From Octopus vulgaris (Eukaryota), in assembly GCA_951406725.2 (NCBI GenBank), contig OX597824.1:97650001-97714000 (forward strand): DNA of 64,000 nucleotides, written 5' to 3'. The position numbers and the translations under genes were made by a program. The notes beneath the pieces are model-generated. The model had not been told where the DNA came from. It searched no databases and saw only the letters and a list, made by a program, of their open reading frames with translations. Positions within the stretch are counted from its first letter, which is position 1, and every line of letters starts with the position of its first letter. Of the stretch, positions 55,901-64,000 are shown piece after piece.

Positions 55901-57785
55901 ATGACTCTTCTTTATAAACATGGTTTTCAGTTATTTTCTGATGAACAACACTGCAGTTTCCGTCTACCAAATTCAGTCACAAGCCTGTTGTTGGCCTAGG
56001 GCTATAGTAAAAAAGGACTTGCCCAAGGTACCGTGCAGAGGGACTGAACGTGGAACCATGTTGTCGGGAAACAAACTTCTCAACCACCCAGTCATTCTTG
56101 CACTTAATATGTGTGTGTGTGTGTTTACATATGTCTCAAGCTTAGCAGTTCATCAAGCAGAGGTCGATAAAATAAATGCCAGATTGAAATACTTAGTGAG
56201 GTCAGTATAATCAATTAAATTTTTGAAGGTGATGCCCCAACATGGCGACAGTTGGAAGACTAAACCCAGTAAAATAATGTTTAAAGACTTTAATGGCTTC
56301 AAATTTAAGGAAATGGATTACTAACCACAAGATAATGAGTTCAAACCTTCGTATTGTATGTCCGCTCTGTACAATAACACTTTATGTATATCTTTCAGTC
56401 TACTTGACTTCCAACGATTAACAATTGCAATTTGAAGTTGAATGGTTAGAAAAGATTTCCAGATTTCTTAGAAATTTACTGTGCAAAATATTCTGAGAAA
56501 AAGTTTGTTTTTTTACCACAACAAATCACACACACACAAACAAAGGTGTTTCTGCGGTTTCTTGAGCTACAACAAATAGCAGCCAAGTCTCTCTGAAAAC
56601 TCACCCTTTCATCGAAAGAAAGGCACATATTTATAGTACTTCAGGATGAAAAGGAAAAAAGAAATGTGATGGGTCTGCTACATCAGACGCAACTCTGGGC
56701 AAAACAAAACACACTTCACATCAAAAGATTATCTACCTAATAATACTAATAAAGTTGATGGTATATCTTCGAGGTTTCATTCCCAGGTAAAACTCTGTAT
56801 TTTAAACATTCTCTCATTATGCTCTAAGAAATAAAAATTATGGAGGCAGAGTTGTCTCCCTCAGCTAAAACTCTCAAGAATTGTGTGACCCAAACTCGTT
56901 TCCGAGGTTATTTTTGTAGTAAAAAAGAGTTGTGCAAAAACCACACCTTATTTGGTAGCCAAGAGGTTACTGAATTTTTTGATACCTCATCCATCAAAAT
57001 TGGCAACTCTGTTTTCGAATCATATGAAACATGTTTAATTGAAGTGAATGGTGTTTGTGTGTTTCTGAATAACTATCATATGCCTTCCTCGCTTCAATTA
57101 TTTGACTTTTCTGCACAGGATCTCAGATCAAAACCCTTGCCAGGCAAGTACATTTATGTGAAAAGAGAGAGAGAGAGAGAGAAAGAAAGAGAGAGAAATA
57201 GAGAGACAGACAATAAGGTTGACAGAGAAACAATAGTCAGAATTGTTAGAGCTTCAAATAAAATGTCACAGAGTATTTGATTCAAATGTCCATACCCTAA
57301 GTTCAAATCCTGCCAAGGTTAACTTGACCTTTCAGCCCTTTGAGGTCCTTTAAAAAAAGGACCAAGACAGAGGAGAGAATTGGCTAGAATATAAGACCAG
57401 CAGACTGAATGCCTGGCAGTGTTTGTTCCAGCTCTTTGTTTTCTAAGTTCAAATCCCACCACGGCCTAGCTGAGTGGTGGACTTCATCCATCAACCCAAC
57501 CACCACCACCAACCACCTTGGGTTACTTCAGCAGATTCCAGTTTGTTGCATTCAGGTTAGGTTTACAGTTTGAGAAGATCTTCCTCCTTCCCTCCCAACA
57601 ATCACAGAGTCCAGTACAGGGTCACAGGCACTGCTTTACTTCTTGACCAAAAGATAAAAACAAAACTAATGATTCTGAGGCCATCATCCTGTCTTTCGAC
57701 CTGAACACAAGGACATCATAACACTGTTACTTGACCTGATAATAACAATTTATTAAAAATAGATTAACGAACAAAGGGCACCTAC

Positions 57786-57856
57786 CAACACAGCCAGGGA
57801 GTATTCAAGAGCAAGGGCCTTCAGTTTCTGGGCCACCTGGACCAACAGACTGTAAC
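57786..57856 (-). CDS. RAD51D: RAD51D exon ((G)YSLLVQVAQKLKALALEYSLAVL)
   Basis: tttcag|GT...TTG|gtaggt, 71 nt, phase 1 to 0. Matches [24 protein letters not shown]. Confidence 0.93.
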
Positions 57857-58309
57857 CTGAAATGGTAAACCACAGAAGGAATTAGATGTAGTGTTGGGGG
57901 AGGGGAGGTCAGTTGCTAGTGATGTAGGGGCTGTGTGGTAGTGTGAAGGTGGTGGTGCAGGAAAGGTGTAGTGGCTGTGGGGTAGTGCAGAGGGAGTGTG
58001 GCAGGTGACTGAAGAAATGTTGAGGTTTTGTGAAGTGGTTGATTGCAGTGGTGTGGTGTAATATGTAGGAGTGGTGGTCATTGTTTGCAGTGGTGGAGGG
58101 GTTGTGAGGAGACAGCTGCTTGATAGGAGTGTGGTACCTGTGTAGGAATATAGGATGTGAGAAGCTGTGTTGAGACTGTGTAGTGGTTGGGTGGTATGAG
58201 GTGAGTCTGAAAGTATAATGGTTGTACAGTGGTTGGTTAGAGTGGTGAACTCCTGTATAGGAATGTAGTGGCTACAGCTGTGATATATTAAGAGCATAAA
58301 TAATTAGTA

Positions 58310-58515
58310 AATGAACCCAGTGCCAATGCCATGTAAAAAGCACCTGGTACACTCTTTAAAGTGGTTGGCATTAGGAAGGGCATCCAGCCTTAGAAACCTT
58401 AGCAAAGCAGACAACTGGGGCCTGATGTACTTCTCTGGTTTGCCGGCCCCTTTCAAACATCCCAATCCATGGCAGGATCGAAAACAGAGATTAACTGATG
58501 ATGATGATGATGAAA
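58310..58515 (+). mobile_element. RTE-type 3' tail / RTE-dependent SINE
   Basis: GTGGTTGGCATTAGGAAGGGCATCCAGCC..CCATGGCAGGATCGAAAACAGA..(GAT)n. Confidence 0.7.
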
Positions 58516-58792
58516 TGAGCACCCAGGATACCGTTCAAGTGTTTGTAGCTAATTACAGAAATATACTAATTAACAGCAGACCATTGTAGGCATTGACTAT
58601 CTAAAGAACAATCCAGGGAGTAGCAGAGGAGTGTGGGGACTAGGTGCAGGGTTAACTAGCAAAGTCAACATGGTTATGAAGAATACTCAGAGTGCTGACC
58701 AAAGCAAAACATCTACAGTGAGATTTGAACTGAAGATCTCTAAGATAGCAGTCCAGTATAATAGCCACAACAACCACTGCTTGTCTACCTAC

Positions 58793-58883
58793 CTTGAGTC
58801 TGATGTCCTCCAACGAGAGGTGACAGAACTGCTGAGACGCTGTCGCAGATAATTAACCGAAGACCACCAAAGAAACTGGAATT
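58793..58883 (-). CDS. RAD51D: RAD51D Walker-B exon (NSSFFGGLRLIICDSVSAVLSPLVGGHQTQ(G))
   Basis: ttttcag|AAT...CAAG|gtaggt, 91 nt. LIICDS is Walker B; matches [21 protein letters not shown]. Confidence 0.95.
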
Positions 58884-59200
58884 CTGAAAATAAATGGAGA
58901 AATAAATAAATAAGGAGGTACATAAGTTTTCTTTTGAAATACTAAAAACTCAACACACCACCAAGGGAGCCTGTGTGTGGCCACTGGGAGGTGGCCCTCG
59001 AAGTCGCTGGAAATGGAGATCTCCAGGTCCAAATTCTTGGAGGGCTGCTGCTGCTGTTGTTTCTTTCAGTTGGCCAAACGAGGTTGCAGTGACTGCATCA
59101 ACATCATTTGGGCATCATTTGATTTCTTTTACTGTGTCTTCTTTGTGGATTGTGAATATTTACAGAGCTGCTGTATGTAACTTCCAGCACGTTTGTCTTC

Positions 59201-59238
<38 letters not shown>

Positions 59239-60094
59239 CGATTGTGATAGTTTGTTATTTGATGTTGTGTGGTGTTGCAGGCAAGAAAGGCGAGAGAAGC
59301 AGATTTGGAAGTTTCTGCAGTAAGCTCAGTTCTGAGGACTAAAATAGTTGTACAACAACAATCTCTGGAGGACAATGGACAGATGTATGTGAAATATTTT
59401 TTTTCTGTACCCATAGATCTGTAGATGATCTTCTCAACTACCAACATGCAATTTATCATTCTCTGGCAGGACCGATCTACCACAAGGTAAGACGCTGGAG
59501 ACTGAAGTTTGTGTCAAAGGGAAATAATTCTTCCAAAGACGTCATTCTTAACATTAATTCTTAGATTATACGAAATTCTTACATCATACGAAAAAATAAT
59601 TAAATTACTGCTTTTGTTCATTTCTCAAAAGTTGGGATATATTCCCAAAATATAATACTTTTTACTCTAGGCACACGGCTTGAAAATTTAGGTGAGGGGA
59701 AGAGTCGACCCCCAATACTCAACTGGTACTTTTGTTGTCAACCCCCAAAAGAATGAAAGGCAGAAGTGACTTCAGCAGAATTTGAACTCAGAATGCAAGA
59801 CAGACGAAACATCACTCTATTTCCAAAATACAAATAAAAAAATACAAAAAGCAGAACACAAACCTACAAAAACCCCAAAGGGAAGAACCTAAGTTTTGGA
59901 GCAACAGCGAAATATTCACCCAGGAAATAATCACAAATTATTATCACAATTAATTCTCTTTTATTCATTTATTTTATTCTTATAACCATATCAAATGGTG
60001 GGGAATGGTGGAATCCCCAGAAGCCTTTGTCTTTTTATGTTCTGAGTTCAATTTCTAATAAAGAGTATTTTATTTACGTTTTTCTTTTATTTTT

Positions 60095-60293
60095 CTCTTA
60101 CTTGTTTCAGTCATTTGACTGTGGCCATGCTGGAGCACCACTTTTAGTCCAAATCGACCCCAGGACTTGGACTTTGCAAGCCTAGTACTTATTCTCTCGG
60201 CCTTTTTTGCCAAACCGCTAATGATACAGGGGCATGAACACACCAGCATCGGTTGATAAGCGATGGTGGAAGGACAAACAAAGACACACAAAC

Positions 60294-60354
<61 letters not shown>

Positions 60355-60505
60355 ATGGCCTTCTTTTAGACCAAATCCATTCACAAGGCTTTGGTCAGCC
60401 TGAGGCTATAGCAGAAGACACTTGCCCATGGTGCCATATAGTGGGACTGAACCCTGAACCTTGTGTGGTTGGGAAGCAAGCTTCTTACCACACAGCCATA
60501 CCTGT
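60095..60505 (-). mobile_element. Full-length SINE family A (CpG-decayed) in a RAD51D intron
   Basis: Head, internal (TA)(CA) tract and CCAGCATGGCCACAGTCAAATGACTGAAACAAGTAAG tail. Confidence 0.85.
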
Positions 60506-60607
60506 CAATAAAATAAATATTTGTTTTGTGGTTTCTGGCACTTAAAAACCCTCAAACACATTAAATACTTCAGCACAGTGAATTTAAATGAGAAAAGCTT
60601 CAAGATT
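60502..60607 (-). pseudogene. Decayed tandem duplicate of RAD51D exon 60985-61086
   Basis: tttag|NLEAFLI*IHCAEVFNVFEGF*VPETTKQ versus TLEAVLNHIHCAKVFNVFELFEVLETIRQ. Confidence 0.85.
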
Positions 60608-60984
60608 CTAAAATTTAGTTGCCTGTATGTCGAAATTTAACTTGCTAAAAATAACAGACAAATCTCCCTCAAATCACTGTTTTGTAAAAAGAAAAGCATA
60701 CATTGCATAAAGTAATCCATAATGTTTGGGTTAAAAAAACTGAAATGGTCATGGCTGGAATGCCTTTGCCCATAAATCTGCTTCATCGAGGCTGACCTGG
60801 GGTTAAACAACAACTGCTGAGTGTTGGAATCGTCAATGTGAGGCTCCACCGGATAGATGGATAAAGGGACACTTGAGGGGGCAGAGGGAGAGCTGACCGC
60901 AACAAGAGGCATTAGCCAAAAACAAAAAAGAAAAACAAACAAGGTGTTTTAAGATGAATTCTTGACCAGATAAAAATCCCTTAC

Positions 60985-61086
60985 CTGTTTAATTAATTCT
61001 TGTCTTATGGTTTCCAGGACTTCGAATAATTCAAAAACATTAAATACTTTGGCACAATGGATATGGTTGAGAACAGCTTCAAGAGT
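60985..61086 (-). CDS. RAD51D: RAD51D exon (TLEAVLNHIHCAKVFNVFELFEVLETIRQELIKQ)
   Basis: ctgtcttttag|ACT...CAG|gtaagg, 102 nt, phase 0-0. Matches [25 protein letters not shown]. Confidence 0.92.
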
Positions 61087-61292
61087 CTAAAAGACAGGAA
61101 AAAGAAAGAAAGGAAAACACTGAAGCATTAACAGACTCTATGAATGTACACACACATAAATCACTTAGGGGTCATATTCCAAGCCAGCATGAACTGGATG
61201 ATCTCAATCCAACTGGTAAATGTGTGAAGCCCCAGCGTTTGTTTTAGTATGGTTTTTTACAGTAGGATCCCCTTTTTAATGCCAACCACTAC

Positions 61293-61339
<47 letters not shown>

Positions 61340-61509
61340 AATTTCAAAAGTTAGACAGCGAAGGGGAAAATAGATGGAAACCAGGTGAAAACATAACAGA
61401 CAGAAAAGGGAGACAAAAACATAATACAAGGAACATTGACAGCTGATTTTCTCATCAGGTTGTATATATATATATATATATATATATTCAACATATATAT
61501 TATATATCA

Positions 61510-61760
61510 AATTTCAACATACAGGCAACTGATTAATGAGGAAAAGGATCCCATCACCTTTAAACAGAGTCTGGACAGATTCCTTCAAGGAATACTAGAT
61601 AAGCCACCCATACCTGGATACAACTCACTCAACAAGAACTCACTACTTGAATGGACCATAAAACAAAAGTTGACATAAAGAGGATTTAGATAATCCTATC
61701 AGGTGGTGCTATTAAGTTAGACATGGCCTGGACCAATCTTTGGTCGAAACATATCTAAGT
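61510..61760 (+). mobile_element. CR1-like LINE 3' end
   Basis: EKDPITFKQSLDRFLQGILDKPPIPGY..NSLLEW*, then CATGGCCTG-GACCAA-TCT-TTGGTC-GAAAC stem-loop. Confidence 0.75.
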
Positions 61761-62064
61761 TTATATATATATATACACATACATACACACACACAAATAG
61801 GTGCAATGTGAATATGGGAGAGACAATATGGACAGAAAAGGTGGGTGAGAGGGTAGATAAGTGAGAATAATGTGACAGATGTTTAGAGAAGGGGAATGGG
61901 GGGGGCAATAAATATCAGTTTGGGATTCACTGACATAAAAGCAGAGCTATATATATATATATATATATTACTGCTGACATAAAAATATATTTGTGAATGA
62001 CAGTAGATATGAGCCTCTCACCATAGCAAAGCATAAATGAAACCCTAACATAATCTAATATTCT

Positions 62065-62450
62065 CCTATCCTTCCTTAATACCGGTTCCCGTATACTGCT
62101 CATATCTGCACTCAGTCTGCTTAGGAGGTTGTTGTGTCCTAGCATATGGGCTGCTTCTTTTAGTTTTCGTATTTTCCAGTGGTGTTCTCTGTCTATTATT
62201 CTAACTTCATCCCACAGGGGGAGGTGGTCTCCATTTTTCCATACACAATCAGCTATACCCAATTTATCAATATCTCCTCATGTCACAGCTTTGCGATGTT
62301 CCTCTCCCCTTATTTTGAGGGGGTGGCATGTTTCGCCTTTGTATAACCTACCACAGCCAAAACGTTGTGTTAACAACAAATAAGATGAGGACAAATATCT
62401 GTCAATTGTAAATAATGTAAATAATTCCTCATCTCTTAAATATAGAACTG
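62065..62450 (-). mobile_element. Penelope-like element: GIY-YIG endonuclease fragment preceded by an inverted pseudo-LTR end (62354-62450)
   Basis: GCGRLYKGETCHPLKIRGEEHRKAVT*GDIDKLGIADCVW..WDEVRIIDREHHWKIRKLKEAAHM. 62354-62450 matches the 3' part of the 11.1-11.6-kb arms. Confidence 0.85.
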
Positions 62451-62457
62451 TGATTAC

Positions 62458-62589
62458 CTCTTCTGATTCTTCATCTTCGACAGAAACCATTTCCCTGATC
62501 CTCTCAGCACTGAACGTAGCTGATGCATCAATATAGAGAATGTTCTGTTTCGTCTCCTTGGCAACACTGGCTGTGACGCTCAGACAAAC
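62458..62589 (-). CDS. RAD51D: RAD51D exon (VCLSVTASVAKETKQNILYIDASATFSAERIREMVSVEDEESEE); upstream exons lie beyond the window
   Basis: tttcaatag|GTT...GAG|gtaatc, 132 nt. Matches [31 protein letters not shown]. All six exons join in frame (204 aa). Confidence 0.95.
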
Positions 62590-62693
62590 CTATTGAAACA
62601 AAAAACACAAAGTCAGAAAGAACAAGTCTCTTATGTCATCATTCCTTTCTCTCACTCTACATCATATTTACATGTGTGTCAATGTGTACATGC

Positions 62694-62727
<34 letters not shown>

Positions 62728-62839
62728 CATGCGTGTATGTGCAGACAGGGGTTGCTAAAAATAATGGAAACTTTTTATTCAACTATTTTTACCATTGGCA
62801 ATATATTAAAATTCAAACCTCTTCCACTCTGTATGTATC

Positions 62840-63070
62840 TCTTTTACTTGTTTCAGTCATTTGACTGTGGCCATGCTGGAGCACCACCTTTAGTTGAGCA
62901 AATCGACCTCGTGACTTATTCTTTGTAAGCCTAGCACTTATTCTATCAGTCTCTTTTGCCAAACCACTAAGTTACGGGGACATAAACACACCAGCATCAG
63001 TTGTCAAGTGATGTTGTGGGGACAAACAGAGACACACAAATATATACATACATACACACAAATAAATATA

Positions 63071-63102
<32 letters not shown>

Positions 63103-63105
63103 CAT
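62840..63105 (-). mobile_element. SINE family A 3' half, interrupted at its (TA)n by the RTE
   Basis: Same tail as 60095-60290. Confidence 0.8.
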
Positions 63106-63107
63106 TA

Positions 63108-64000
63108 GGGAAAAGCACCACTGATGCTATATTCCTGGTAAGGCAGCTGCAGGAGAAATACCTAGCCAAGGATAAGCCCCTGTACCTGGCTTTCGTTGAC
63201 ATGGAGAAAGCCTTTGATAGGGTCTCCCGATCCCTCATCTGGTGGTCAATGAGGAAACTAGGGATAGATGAATGGCTGGTGAGGGCTGTGCAAGCCATGT
63301 ACAGAGATGCCGTAAGTAAGGTTAGAGTTGGCAACATGTACACAGAAGAATTCAAAGTAGAGGTTGGGGTCCACCAGGGTTCAGTACTCAGCCCCCTCCT
63401 ATTTATCATAGTCCTCCAGGCAATAACGGAGGAATTCAAGACAGGTTGCCCCTGGGAGCTCCTCTATGCTGACGACCTCGCTCTAATCGCTGAGTCACTA
63501 TCAGAACTGGAGGAGAAGTTCCAGGTGTGGAAGGAGGGTTTAGAATCGAGGGGCCTTAGAGTCAACCTAGCTAAAACCAAAGTACTAATAAGTAGAAAGG
63601 TAGAAAACCCACAAATATCCTCAGGAAGATGGCCCTGCTCGATCTGTAGAAAAGGTGTAGGTAGAAACTCTATAAGATGTACCCAGTGTAAGCTATGGAC
63701 ACATAAGAGGTGCAGCAATGTCAAAGGTAGGCTAACTGGGAAGATAGTTTTTGTATGTGGCAGGTGCTCTGGAGCATTGACCTCCGAAAATCTGCAGAAA
63801 ACAACTTCTGTCACTTTCCGGGGGAAAAACTAGAAGTAGTTGATAGCTTCCGCTATCTAGGTGACCAAGTCAGTAGTGGGGGTGGGTGCGCTGAAAGTGT
63901 AACTGCTAGAATAAGAATAGCCTGGGCAAAGTTTAGGGAGCTCTTACCTCTGCTGGTGACTAAAGGCCTCTCGCTCAGAGTAAAAGGCAGACTGTATGAT
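63108..64000 (+). mobile_element. Young 5'-truncated RTE-clade LINE, RT domain with embedded PHD-like finger; runs off the window
   Basis: GKSTTDAIF..AFVDMEKAFDRV, GVHQGSVLSPLLF, LLYADDL. One frameshift near 63820, then EKLEVVDSFRYLG..RIRIAWAKFRELLPLL. Confidence 0.95.

Noticed and set aside
56840-57280. 146-aa plus-strand ORF
   Set aside because: Intronic and antisense to RAD51D, no recognisable domain, and runs into (GA)n and a SINE.
57880-58290. 158-aa T/S/P/H-rich minus-strand ORF
   Set aside because: Low-complexity TGTAGTGG-type intronic repeat; it overlaps the real exon in the wrong frame.

Overview
AT-rich, microsatellite-saturated animal genomic DNA, most likely octopus/cephalopod; this is inferred from the SINE/LINE repertoire, not proven. 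About 1-51 kb looks like intergenic transposon debris: two tRNA-derived SINE families, CR1, R4/Dong, HERO, RTE, Tx1 and Penelope-like (PLE) fragments, two mariners, MITEs and Helitron ends. The only host gene I can support is the 3' half of RAD51D on the minus strand: six in-frame GT-AG exons, 62589 to 53883. It carries a decayed duplicate of one exon and a near-intact RTE in its upstream intron. The most interesting signal is a ~507-bp fold-back unit (11079-11585) flanked by one 12-bp TSD. It consists of two head-to-head tRNA-derived Pol III heads, each followed by a PLE-type minimal hammerhead ribozyme. The same terminus is fused in inverted orientation to a GIY-YIG Penelope fragment at 62065-62450, which suggests a Penelope-mobilised tRNA-SINE/retrozyme. 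Several more hammerhead motifs occur in other PLE-like remnants. Nearly all ORFs in the supplied track are microsatellite artefacts.
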